A stretch of 51,148 nucleotides of DNA, taken from an uncultured Thermomicrobiales bacterium (lineage in GTDB: Bacteria > Chloroflexota > Chloroflexia > Thermomicrobiales > UBA6265). The stretch covers positions 1,426 to 52,573 of the forward strand of contig CAXTHM010000012.1 of the NCBI GenBank assembly GCA_964244115.1, given 5' to 3'. The position numbers and the translations under genes were made by a program. Below, in pieces: positions 28,532 through 37,738 of the stretch (position 1 is the stretch's first letter; the number at the start of each line of letters is the position of its first letter). The notes under the pieces are model-generated. The model was not told where the DNA came from, did not search any database, and saw only the letters and a program-made list of their open reading frames with translations.

Positions 28532-28699
28532 TCCGCGCCTCCGTGGTCGATGAGCCAAGCCGACAGGATCGGGCCGGTCCGGGAGTCGGAGCTTCCGGAC
28601 ACATCGGGCGGCTGCGCGGCGTCGCCCGTTGGAGGGCGCCACAGCCCTCATCGGAGTCGTTTTGATCCTGAGATGATACCAACCGGGTGCAAGTCGGGG

Positions 28700-29563
28700 T
28701 CAGCGGGCGGCAGGGAGCCCGAGGCGCTGGATCAGTTCGGTCGCGAGGCGCTGGTAGGCAACCGCGCCGTTGGACTTCGGGTCGTACTCGGCGATCGACA
28801 GCCCGTAGCTCGGAGCCTCGGCCAGCCGGATCGAGCGGGGGATGACGGTCGTGAACAGTTCCTTGGGGTAGAACCGGCGGACCTCCTCGACGACCTGGGC
28901 TGAGAGCCGGGTCCGAGCGTCGTACATCGTCATCAGGACGCCAGTGATGCCGAGCTCCGGGTTGAGGTGCTGCCGGACCTGGCCGATCGTGCGCTGGAGC
29001 TGCGTCAACCCTTCGAGGGGCAGGAACTCACACTGGATCGGGATCAGGACGGAGTGGGCGGCGGTGAAGGCGTTGACCGTCAGGAGACCGAGCGAGGGTG
29101 GGCAGTCGATCATGACGAGATCGTAGCGGCCCTCGACGCCGGCGAGGGCGCGCTGGAGCTGGCGTTCGCGATCCTCGATGTCGACCAGTTCGATCTCGGC
29201 GGCGGCGAGGCTGGAACTGGTTGCGACGATGTCGAGGTTGTCGCGCCCCGACGGACGGGCCGCATCGGTCGCCTGGGCCCGTCCGATCATCAGGTCGTAG
29301 GTGGTCCGGACGAGGCCCGACTTGTCGACGCCCAGGGACGATGAGGCGTTGCCCTGCGGGTCGAGGTCGATCAGCAGGACGCGGATCCCCTCGCGGGCCA
29401 GCATGACGGCGGTCGCGACGCTGGTCGTCGTCTTGCCGACGCCACCCTTCTGGTTGGCGATCGCCAGCACGGGCACCGGCAGCGACGCCGCCGGGCGCGC
29501 CGACGCGGGGATGGGCGACGCGGCGGTCGGCTGGCTCGACGCGGGGTTGGCCGTCACATTCAC
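28700..29563 (-). CDS. parA: ParA/Soj family ATPase (orphan)
   Basis: NQKGGVGKTT, DLDPQGNA, DCPPSLG, PIQCE and RLAEAPSYG. Confidence 0.93.
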   Translation of the reverse strand: MNVTANPASSQPTAASPIPASARPAASLPVPVLAIANQKGGVGKTTTSVATAVMLAREGIRVLLIDLDPQGNASSSLGVDKSGLVRTTYDLMIGRAQATDAARPSGRDNLDIVATSSSLAAAEIELVDIEDRERQLQRALAGVEGRYDLVMIDCPPSLGLLTVNAFTAAHSVLIPIQCEFLPLEGLTQLQRTIGQVRQHLNPELGITGVLMTMYDARTRLSAQVVEEVRRFYPKELFTTVIPRSIRLAEAPSYGLSIAEYDPKSNGAVAYQRLATELIQRLGLPAAR

Positions 29564-29731
29564 CGTTCGCCGTCCCTGACTGCTCGTTTCGGGTGTCCAG
29601 ACGTGTCGGGAACCGGCCCCAAGGAGCGATCGGTAGGACCGATGGCGCGGGGGCAGTGGCTCTGGACAGGACGGAGGCAAGGCTACCACGGTGGCGGGGC
29701 CGGAACAGCGATTCGGCCGGTCCCGACGACG

Positions 29732-30481
29732 TCAGACGAGCAGGCGCTGGCGGAGTGTCCGGATGGCTTCCGGGGTCACGCCGGCGTCGACCAGGTAGGC
29801 CTCCGTGGAACCGTACTCGGCGTCGATGATCGCCAGGGTCGCGGCCAGGACCATCGCGTCGACGCGGAGCAGCTCGACCGGGATCATATCGAGGTGGCTG
29901 AGTTCCTCCGGCGTCAACCGCTCGCGGAAGGCGAGGAAGTTGCTCTCGGTCAGCAGGTAGTCCTCCGTCACGGTGGCGTCGTCGACGCCGAGCAGCCGGA
30001 GCAGCAGCGCGATGCTGATCCCGGTGCGGTCCTTGCCGGCAGCGCAGTGGACGACGGCGGGCATCGTCTCATCGCTGGCCAGCGTCGTCATGACGGTCGC
30101 GATCGCACCCTTCGCCTCGACGACGATCCCGCGGTACAGCTCGGCCAGGGTCCACTCCTGCCAGCTCGGGTCGGCCTCCTCGCCGATCCGGCCGAACGGG
30201 ATGTGGACGACGTTCATCCCCGGCTCGTCGTGGATCAGGCCGCTGCCGCCCTCGGTGATCTCACGGCCGGAGCGCAGGTCCAGGATCGTCCGGACGCCGA
30301 GCGGCCGAAGCTGATCGACATCGCCATGGGTCAGCCGGTGGACGGCGTCGCTCCGGAACACGCGGCCCCAGCGGGTGTGATGGCCGTCGGTCGTCTCGTA
30401 GCCGCCGATGTCGCGGAAGTTGTACGCGCCGGCGAGCAGATAGTTCCGGGGACGGGGGCTGATCGCGGGACTGTCGGTCAT
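29732..30481 (-). CDS. Tyrosine/phosphoinositide phosphatase (Y_phosphatase3, MptpB/IphP-like)
   Basis: NFRDIGGY, DLRS and the P-loop VHCAAGKDRTG. Confidence 0.92.
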   Translation of the reverse strand: MTDSPAISPRPRNYLLAGAYNFRDIGGYETTDGHHTRWGRVFRSDAVHRLTHGDVDQLRPLGVRTILDLRSGREITEGGSGLIHDEPGMNVVHIPFGRIGEEADPSWQEWTLAELYRGIVVEAKGAIATVMTTLASDETMPAVVHCAAGKDRTGISIALLLRLLGVDDATVTEDYLLTESNFLAFRERLTPEELSHLDMIPVELLRVDAMVLAATLAIIDAEYGSTEAYLVDAGVTPEAIRTLRQRLLV

Positions 30482-30542
30482 GAGTCGTGTCTCCACTGGG
30501 TAGTCGTTGTGTAGTACGGCGATTTCGGGGGGTGCGGACCGG

Positions 30543-31433
30543 TCAGACTTGGTCCGGATCGACCCCGAGCGTGACCAGGTCGTCCATGACGGTCGCCAGC
30601 CGCTTCCGGGCGATCGGAAGCCGGTCCGTGAGCGTCCGGCGCTGCTCGTCCTCACGGGTCAGTTCCTGCCGGAGGCGCTCCTCCTCGGCCCGGAGTTCCT
30701 GCCGCCGGTAGGCGCGCTGGACCCGGACGTTGTTGGTCCCGTGCAGGTTGGTCCAGCCACCGACCTCGTCATCCTCGCGGATGATGTCCCGCAGCGTCTT
30801 AACGTTTGGCGAAGCGGTACCTTCCAGGGCGGCATCGCGAACCGTGAGGGCGAAGGTCGCGAGCGCGGTCTCCAGGATCGGTTGCCAGTCTGGTGGCGGC
30901 ACGGGATCGGCCCCGGTGGCGATCAGGCCGGGGTCGCCGCCGGTCCGACGGAGGTCGCCGTGGACGACCATCCCGCCCCGATTGTCCCAGTCCGACGCCT
31001 CGACGTAGTCCAACGGCTGATCTCCGACCCGGAACGAGACCCGCGAGGGCTCCGCGCTCGTGACTACCGGCTGGCTGACGGGAAGGGCCGGGACCGTCCA
31101 GGTCGGCTCCGGGGCGATCGACGCCAGCGCGGCGCGATCGGCGGCGATCGTCGCGATCGACTCCTGGAGCAGGCTGATGCGCTCCCGCCACGGGTTGTCC
31201 GGCGACAGCGCGAGCTCGCCCTGCTCGATGTCGAACCGGAGCCCGTCCCGTCGCCGGATCAGATCGCCGATCCGGCGCTCGCGGCGCTCCGGCGAGAGGA
31301 CGCTGGTGGTCGGCGTGCGCAGCCGCGGCGGCGACCCGTACGAGGCCGTCCGGGGCTGGTCGTCGGGCGTGGGCCTCGCCACGACGGTCGGTTCAGGCGT
31401 CTCACTCGACTTCCAGAATTGCCATCGCGGCAT
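30543..31433 (-). CDS. Hypothetical coiled-coil protein
   Basis: GGAGG RBS, MPRWQFWK N-terminus, two charged helical segments. Confidence 0.75.
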   Translation of the reverse strand: MPRWQFWKSSETPEPTVVARPTPDDQPRTASYGSPPRLRTPTTSVLSPERRERRIGDLIRRRDGLRFDIEQGELALSPDNPWRERISLLQESIATIAADRAALASIAPEPTWTVPALPVSQPVVTSAEPSRVSFRVGDQPLDYVEASDWDNRGGMVVHGDLRRTGGDPGLIATGADPVPPPDWQPILETALATFALTVRDAALEGTASPNVKTLRDIIREDDEVGGWTNLHGTNNVRVQRAYRRQELRAEEERLRQELTREDEQRRTLTDRLPIARKRLATVMDDLVTLGVDPDQV

Positions 31434-31569
31434 CGGTCTCGACCTCCGGAACAGGTTCGATCAGTCGCTCCCGGCATCCCGGAAAATGCTGGCCGAGGTC
31501 GATGACCGCCCTCGGTGGTTTCGAGCCGGCCGGTTGGCACGGCTCCGCACATGATGCCATCATCCGGAC

Positions 31570-32301
31570 ATGAGCCGACCATCCTCTGGACCCCCGACCG
31601 GTCCCAGGCAGCCCGCGTCCGGGTATCCACCCCGACCGGTGCGGCAACAGACCGGGCGGTTCCCGGTGTCAGATTCGCCCCCGGCCGCTGCCACGTCTAC
31701 GAGGCCCCGGACGGGCCTTCGACGCTGGCTGCTGCCGGTGCTCGTCTTCCTGCTGCTGGCCGGTCCGGTCCTCGAACTGGCCCTCGTCGGGGCGATCTAC
31801 GTCCAGGCCCGGACCGATCAGGCCCGTCCGGTCGAGGCGATCGTCGTGCTGGGGACGACCCAGTACAACGGCGTCCCGAGCGAGACGCTGCGGGCCCGGC
31901 TGGACCGGGCCGTCGATCTCTACCGCGATGGGATCGCGCCCCTGATCATCGTCACCGGGGGCAACCTGCCCGGAGATGTCTACACCGAGGCCGAGACGGG
32001 GCAGATGTATCTCGTCTCCGCGGGTGTGCCGGAGCGGGCGATCCTGCTCGAGAACGAGGGGAGCAGTTCCTGGCAGAGCATGAACGGCGTTGCCGGCATC
32101 CTCGCCGCCCGTAACCTCGATCGCATCCTGCTTGTCAGCGACGGCTTCCATCTGCTGCGGCTCAAGATGATGGCCCGTGATCTCGGCCTGACGGCCTACG
32201 CCACCGCCTCGACGGACAGCCCGATCCGCGGCGGCGAGGAGTTCGCCTACGTCGTCCGGGAGGCGCTCGGGATTACGGCATTCGTCCTCGGTCGCCGCTG
32301 A
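31570..32301 (+). CDS. YdcF/DUF218 family protein
   Basis: TM helix, then IVVLG, RARLD, VTGG, TEA, VSDGFH and RE. Confidence 0.9.
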   Translation: MSRPSSGPPTGPRQPASGYPPRPVRQQTGRFPVSDSPPAAATSTRPRTGLRRWLLPVLVFLLLAGPVLELALVGAIYVQARTDQARPVEAIVVLGTTQYNGVPSETLRARLDRAVDLYRDGIAPLIIVTGGNLPGDVYTEAETGQMYLVSAGVPERAILLENEGSSSWQSMNGVAGILAARNLDRILLVSDGFHLLRLKMMARDLGLTAYATASTDSPIRGGEEFAYVVREALGITAFVLGRR

Positions 32302-32322
32302 CCGGTCGTCGTTCTCGGTAAA

Positions 32323-32699
32323 GCTCTGGTGGCGGAGCAGACCGCTCCCCAGGCCGGGGTGGATCTGGTTCGCTCACTCGCCGAAGCGGCTCTCGCCTCG
32401 CTGCGGTTCACAGGTGCCCGGAGCGGGGAGCAGAAGTCTCAATCGAGATCGCATACTTACCTCAAACCCACTTCGGTGTTGGCAACGGGTCAATGCTTCG
32501 ACATGACGAAAGCCGACACGGCGCCGCATCTCAGCGGTGTCATGTCGGCTTTGCCACGGTCAGTCCGGAATCGAGGAAACGTGCTGCTCTCCTCTCTGGG
32601 CACCTGCGGAGCCGCAGCGCAGCGAGAGCCGCTTCAGCGGGTGAGCGAGCAGGTGAGCCGGAGAGGGGTCGGTGGAGCGGTCTGCTCCGCCACCAGAGC
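32323..32699. repeat. Inverted pair of family A repeats (32323-32433 minus strand, 32584-32699 plus strand) around a central hairpin
   Basis: Perfect 26-bp outer inverted repeat GCTCTGGTGGCGGAGCAGACCGCTCC, imperfect arms of about 110 bp, central hairpin at 32509-32552. Confidence 0.9.
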
Positions 32700-32719
32700 C
32701 CCCTGACTGCGGCCAAACG

Positions 32720-33751
32720 CTAGCTGGCGGCGACCTCGTCGATCTGGGCGAGCTGATCGTCGGTGAAGGCCGGGGCGTTCAGGGCGGCGACGTTGTCGAT
32801 CACCTGCGAGGCGCGGCTCGCGCCGATCAGCGCCGTCGTGACCGCGACCGTCCGGGTCGAGCCATCAGCGGCCTGGACTTCGGCCTGCGGGCGGAGCACC
32901 CAGGCCAGAGCCATCTGGGCGAGGGTCTGGCCACGCTCCTTCGCGATCCCGTTCAGCGCGCTGACGCGGCTGCGAGTCGCATCGTCGATCGCCGATTCCT
33001 TGAGGAACTGGCTGTTCCCGCTGGCCCGCGAGTCCGATGGGACGCCGTTGAGATAGCGATCGGTCAGGACCCCCTGGGCCAGCGGCGAGAAGACGATCGA
33101 GCCGATGCCTTCCTCGGTGAGCGCCCGGAATAGACCGGTCGTCTCCGGGTCGCGCCGGAAGATGTTGTAGGACGGCTGGTGGATCAGCAGCGGCGTGCCG
33201 AGCGACCGCATCACGGCCGCCATCTCCCGTGCCCGGTCGGTCGGGTAGTTCGAGATCCCCGCGTAGAGGGCGCGGCCCGAGCGGACGGCCTGGTCGAGCG
33301 CCATGGCCGACTCTTCCAGCGGCGTCTCGTAGTCCGGCCGATGATGGTAGAAGATGTCGACGTAGGGCAGCCCGAGCCGCTTCAGGCTGGCGTCGAGGCT
33401 GGCGAGCAGGTACTTGCGTGAACCGCCGTCGCCGTACGGCCCCTCCCACATGTCGTAGCCGGCCTTGGTGCTGATGATGAGTTCATCGCGGAACCCGGCG
33501 AAATCCTCGGCGAGGATGCGACCGAAGGCCGTCTCGGCCGAACCCGGCGGCGGGCCGTAGTTGTTGGCCAGGTCGAAGTGGGTGATGCCGTGGTCGAACG
33601 CCGTGCGGACGATCTCCCGGGCGTTCTCGTAGCTCGATCCTCCTCCGAAGTTGTGCCACATCCCCAGCGAGAGGGCTGGCAGGGTCAGCCCGCTGGTTCC
33701 GCAGCGGCGATAGGACATGGTCTTGTAGCGGTCCTGGTTTGGTGTGTACAT
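32720..33751 (-). CDS. Aldo/keto reductase, YghZ/MgrA (L-glyceraldehyde-3-phosphate reductase) type
   Basis: SLGMWHNFG, HFDLANNYGPPPGSAE, ISTKAGY, YVDIFYHHR and FSPLAQG. Confidence 0.93.
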   Translation of the reverse strand: MYTPNQDRYKTMSYRRCGTSGLTLPALSLGMWHNFGGGSSYENAREIVRTAFDHGITHFDLANNYGPPPGSAETAFGRILAEDFAGFRDELIISTKAGYDMWEGPYGDGGSRKYLLASLDASLKRLGLPYVDIFYHHRPDYETPLEESAMALDQAVRSGRALYAGISNYPTDRAREMAAVMRSLGTPLLIHQPSYNIFRRDPETTGLFRALTEEGIGSIVFSPLAQGVLTDRYLNGVPSDSRASGNSQFLKESAIDDATRSRVSALNGIAKERGQTLAQMALAWVLRPQAEVQAADGSTRTVAVTTALIGASRASQVIDNVAALNAPAFTDDQLAQIDEVAAS

Positions 33752-33818
33752 GCTCGCAATCATAGGAGGATCGGGCGCCGGTCGCCAGACCCCTGATCGT
33801 GTTCTTCTCCCCGACGCG

Positions 33819-33858
33819 AAAAACGACCCGACCCGGGGCTGCCGCACCCGGGTCGTCA
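33819..33858 (-). terminator. Terminator downstream of tRNA-Leu
   Basis: GACGACCCGGG..CCCGGGTCGGGTCG followed by TTTTT on the minus strand. Confidence 0.65.
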
Positions 33859-33877
33859 TGCTGGTCGGTCTGGATGG

Positions 33878-33961
33878 TGGTACCGGGAGCGGGATTCGAA
33901 CCCGCACGGGTCTCCCCGGCGCATTTTGAGTGCGCTGCGTCTGCCATTTCGCCACCCCGGC
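33878..33961 (-). tRNA. tRNA-Leu(CAA)
   Basis: GCCGGGG acceptor, D-loop TGGCAGAC, anticodon arm GCGCA-CTCAAAA-TGCGC, long variable arm, GGTTCGAATCC and encoded CCA; TGC-TACACT extended -10 at 33985-33993. Confidence 0.97.
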
Positions 33962-34119
33962 GCGGATCACGATCGGCGCTGCGGAGTGTAGCAGGGTCAC
34001 TGTCCGTCGGATGTCGGCGATGCGAGGGAGAGTCGACCCGCTCTGCGGCACGAATCCGGCAACACGGTCGCATCAGGAACGACACCCGCAGCAACGACAC
34101 TCGAAGGAGGGGATCTCAG

Positions 34120-34401
34120 ATGACCGACCAGAAGACGCTCCCCGTGGCCGAAGTCCGCGTGACGCTTCATTCGCTGGAGGACGGGGAGGCGGATGTCGCG
34201 ATCGCGATCGACCCCGACGGCGAGCTCAAGGGCGCCTACGGCGGGGACGAGGAACGGTTCGCCGCCCTCCAGACCCTGTTCGAGGCGGTTCAGCGTGAGT
34301 TGGCCGACGCGCTGGATACCCTCGCCAACGGGGATGACGCCGAGGACGTGGGTGAGGGTGACGCTTCCCTGAACGGTCGCGGCCCGACCACCGACGACTG
34401 A
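34120..34401 (+). CDS. Small acidic hypothetical protein
   Basis: Strong AAGGAGG RBS, 93 aa, host-like codon usage. Confidence 0.75.
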   Translation: MTDQKTLPVAEVRVTLHSLEDGEADVAIAIDPDGELKGAYGGDEERFAALQTLFEAVQRELADALDTLANGDDAEDVGEGDASLNGRGPTTDD

Positions 34402-34545
34402 GATCGCGGAGCGAACCGGGCGCATCGCCTTCGTGCGCCATGCACGACCGGCCGATCGTCCGTCCCGCCGCGACATCCACTCCGTCTGCTACGCTGACGC
34501 GGTTTCGTCCGTTCAACCGGGGCTCCGCGCCTCGACGGTCACACG

Positions 34546-35520
34546 ATGGAGCAGGTCCGCCCGATGTCCATTCCCACACCCGCAGGCAACGGCGTCGCCG
34601 CCCCCGAGCGCGAGCCGATGGCGGCGTTCTCCAGCGTCGATGAACTCGCCCAGGCACTGGCCGGCGAGAAGTACGTCACCGACCACGGCCTCGCGACGAC
34701 CCTCTACCTGACGCTCAAGCTCCAGAAGCCGTTGCTGCTGGAGGGTGAGGCGGGCGTCGGCAAGACCGAGATCGCCAAGACGCTCTCCAAGATCCTCGAC
34801 ACGCCGCTGATCCGGCTCCAGTGCTACGAGGGGCTGGACGCCGCAAGCGCCATCTATGAATGGGACTACGCCCGACAGATGCTCTACCTGCGCTCGCTGG
34901 AAGTGTCCGGCGGCGGGCTGGGCGGCGCTCGGGACAACCTGTTCAGCGACCAGTTCCTGCTCAAGCGGCCGCTGCTCCAGGCGATCGACGCGTCCCACGA
35001 CCGGGCGCCGATCCTGCTGATCGACGAGGTCGATCGGGCGGACGCCGAGCTGGAAGCGTTCCTGCTCGAACTGCTGTCGGATTTCCAGGTCACCGTCCCG
35101 GAACTCGGGACGATCCGGGCCGAGCACGTCCCGATCGTGATCCTGACCTCCAACCGGACGCGGGAGATCCACGACGCGCTCAAGCGGCGCTGCCTCTACT
35201 ACTGGATCGACTTCCCGACCTTCGACAAGGAGTTCCGCATCCTGGCCGCTCGACTGCCCGAGGTGCCGGATCGGCTGGCCCGCCAGATCTGCTCGTTCAC
35301 CCAGGGGCTGCGTGAGGGCGACCTGTTCAAGCCGCCGGGCATGGCCGAGACGCTCGACTGGGCCGGGGCGCTGCTCGCCCTCGGGACGCAGTCGCTGGCG
35401 ACGGACGTGGTCAACGACACCCTGGGCGTCATCCTGAAGTACCAGGAGGACGTCGACCGGATCCGTGGGCGCCGGGCCGAGGAGCTCGTCAAGCTCACGA
35501 CGGCCCCGAGCGCGAGCTGA
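34546..35520 (+). CDS. coxD: MoxR-family AAA+ ATPase, CoxD type
   Basis: LLLEGEAGVGKT, LIRLQCYEGLD, YEWDYARQ, LIDEVDRAD and TSNRTREIHDALKRRC. Confidence 0.9.
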   Translation: MEQVRPMSIPTPAGNGVAAPEREPMAAFSSVDELAQALAGEKYVTDHGLATTLYLTLKLQKPLLLEGEAGVGKTEIAKTLSKILDTPLIRLQCYEGLDAASAIYEWDYARQMLYLRSLEVSGGGLGGARDNLFSDQFLLKRPLLQAIDASHDRAPILLIDEVDRADAELEAFLLELLSDFQVTVPELGTIRAEHVPIVILTSNRTREIHDALKRRCLYYWIDFPTFDKEFRILAARLPEVPDRLARQICSFTQGLREGDLFKPPGMAETLDWAGALLALGTQSLATDVVNDTLGVILKYQEDVDRIRGRRAEELVKLTTAPSAS

Positions 35521-36875
35521 TGGCCGAGCCCCGCCCCGATGACCACGAGGCTCCGACGGTCAGCGCCCGGACCAGAGCGATGGCCGCCGAGCTGACACGG
35601 GGTTGGCCGCCGGCCGAGTCGGTCCGCCCGTCGGCGATCCTCGGCAACCTGATCGTGTTCGCCGAGGACCTGCGGATGGTCGGCATCCCGCTCGGCAGCG
35701 GCCAACTGATCAACCTGTTCGAGGCCTTCTCGGTCGTCGATCTCGGGAGGCGGCTCGAGGTCTACCACGCGATGCGGACCAGCGTCGTGACGCGGCCGGA
35801 GCACATCCCCCTGTTCGACGACCGGTTCGCGACCTTCTGGGAACGCCTCGGCATCGGTTCCCTGCCCAGCGACGAGGGCGGCGCGATCGAGATCGACGGC
35901 CCGCCGCCGCCGGGATCGAAGGAGGGTCCGCCCAGCGAGAACGAGGACGATTCCGGCGAGGAGGCGCCCGCCGGGAAGTCGACTGTTGTCGTGGACAGCG
36001 ACGACACTGATGGCATGGGCGGCGAGATCGATTCCGTCCCCGACGACGTCATGCTGTTCAGCGCGGACGAGTCGCTCCGCTCCAAGGACTTCGCCCTGCT
36101 GACGGACGAGGAGCTGACCGAGGCGCAGCGGTTCATCTCCCAGATGACCTGGAACCTCGGCCGGCGCCAGACCCGGCGGCTAACCCCGGCGATCAACGGC
36201 CAGACCATCGACCAGCGCCGGACCCTCCGCCACGCCCTGCGGCACGGTGGCATCCCGATCGACCTCCGGCACCGCAAGCGCAAGGAGCGGATGCGCCCCC
36301 TGGTCTTGATCTGCGACATCAGCGGCTCGATGGATCGCTATAGCCGGCTGTTGTTGCGCTTCGTCCACGCCCTCGAACTCGGCCTCGACGCCACTGAGGT
36401 CTTCGTCTTCAGCACCCGCCTGACCCGGATCACCCGCGAACTCCGGCGGCGCGACGTCGACACGGCGATCGCCGATGTCGTCAACGCCGTCCAGGACTGG
36501 TCGGGCGGCACCCGGATCGGTGACGCCATCAAGACCTTCAACTACCTCTGGAGCCGGCGGGTCCTGCGCTCCGGGGCGACCGTTGTCGTCATCAGCGACG
36601 GGTGGGACCGAGGGGACCCGCAGCTTCTCGCCGACGAGATGGCCCGGCTGCAGCGCTCCTGCCGGCGGCTGATCTGGCTGAACCCGCTGCTCGGGTCGCC
36701 GGGTTATCAACCCCTGACGCGCGGGATGAAGGCGGCGCTGCCGTACTGCGACTACTTCCTGCCCGTCCACAACATGCAGAGCCTGGAGGCGCTGTCGAAG
36801 CTGCTGACGTCGTTCGACGATGAGCCGCCGCTCCGGCAGGCCCGCGGCAAGGCAGCGACGGTGCCTGGACGATGA
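35520..36875 (+). CDS. coxE: VWA-domain protein, CoxE type
   Basis: MIDAS motif CDISGSM, FVFSTRLT, WSGGTRIG, ISDGWD and WLNPL; overlaps the coxD stop. Confidence 0.9.
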   Translation: MAEPRPDDHEAPTVSARTRAMAAELTRGWPPAESVRPSAILGNLIVFAEDLRMVGIPLGSGQLINLFEAFSVVDLGRRLEVYHAMRTSVVTRPEHIPLFDDRFATFWERLGIGSLPSDEGGAIEIDGPPPPGSKEGPPSENEDDSGEEAPAGKSTVVVDSDDTDGMGGEIDSVPDDVMLFSADESLRSKDFALLTDEELTEAQRFISQMTWNLGRRQTRRLTPAINGQTIDQRRTLRHALRHGGIPIDLRHRKRKERMRPLVLICDISGSMDRYSRLLLRFVHALELGLDATEVFVFSTRLTRITRELRRRDVDTAIADVVNAVQDWSGGTRIGDAIKTFNYLWSRRVLRSGATVVVISDGWDRGDPQLLADEMARLQRSCRRLIWLNPLLGSPGYQPLTRGMKAALPYCDYFLPVHNMQSLEALSKLLTSFDDEPPLRQARGKAATVPGR

Positions 36876-37732
36876 GCGACGCGACGGGAGAGTCCGGGAT
36901 GCGCTTGCCAGAAGACGAACCGATCGCCGATGCAAGCCCGACCATTCAGGGTCGGCTCGCGGCCGCGGTTCGGGCCAACCGACCAGCAGCGACGGCGACG
37001 ATCCTGACGGGAGAGCGCAGCGGCGAGAAGATGCTGTTCCTGTTGCCGACCCCCGGTGTCCCAGGCGAGACGATCGAGCGATTCGGGACCTTCGGCGCCG
37101 ATATGATCGACGCCGAGGCTGAGCGACACGCCGTCGAGCAGGTCGCCTCGGAGCGATCGGCCCGCGTCCGAGTCGCCGCCGAGGGGGATGGGTTCGACAT
37201 CTTCGTCGAGGTCTTCCCGCAGCCGCCGACGCTGCTGATCTTCGGCGCGGTCCATGTCGGGCAGGCGCTGGCGACCCTTGCCAAGCAGCTCGGCTACTGG
37301 GTCGTCATAACTGACGCCCGCGGCGCCCTGGCGACCCAGGAGCGATTCCCGGAGGCCGACCGGATCATCCGGGGCTGGCCGGACGATGCGCTCGCCCAGG
37401 TGCCGATCACGACGACGACCGATATCGCCATCCTGACGCATGACCCGAAGTTCGACGAGCCCGCCATCATCGGCTCGCTGGCGACACCGGCCCGGTATAT
37501 CGGCGCGATCGGCAGCCGGAATACGAACGAGGACCGGCGCAAGCGGCTAGCCGAAGCAGGCGTCTCCGAGGCGGACATCGCCCGGCTCCACGGGCCGATC
37601 GGTCTCAACATCGGCGCCGAGTCGCCCGAGGAGATGGCGGTCGCGATCATGGCCGAGATCATCGCGGCCCGCCGTGGCCGGCCGGGCGGCAGTCTCCGCT
37701 CGGCGACCGGCCGCATCCGCAATGAGTCCTGA
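36872..37732 (+). CDS. xdhC: XdhC/CoxF-family Moco-insertion accessory protein
   Basis: LLIFGAVH, LTHDPKFD, YIGAIGSR and GPIGLNIGAESPEEMAVAI. Confidence 0.9.
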   Translation: MSDATGESGMRLPEDEPIADASPTIQGRLAAAVRANRPAATATILTGERSGEKMLFLLPTPGVPGETIERFGTFGADMIDAEAERHAVEQVASERSARVRVAAEGDGFDIFVEVFPQPPTLLIFGAVHVGQALATLAKQLGYWVVITDARGALATQERFPEADRIIRGWPDDALAQVPITTTTDIAILTHDPKFDEPAIIGSLATPARYIGAIGSRNTNEDRRKRLAEAGVSEADIARLHGPIGLNIGAESPEEMAVAIMAEIIAARRGRPGGSLRSATGRIRNES

Positions 37733-37738
37733 ACGCCG

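Noticed and set aside
32720-33961. Integrative element at tRNA-Leu
   Set aside because: No integrase, no duplicated tRNA 3' end seen, and flanking genes have host-like composition
33752-34051. N-terminal extension of the aldo/keto reductase ORF
   Set aside because: Reads through the tRNA-Leu gene and its terminator; the real start is 33751
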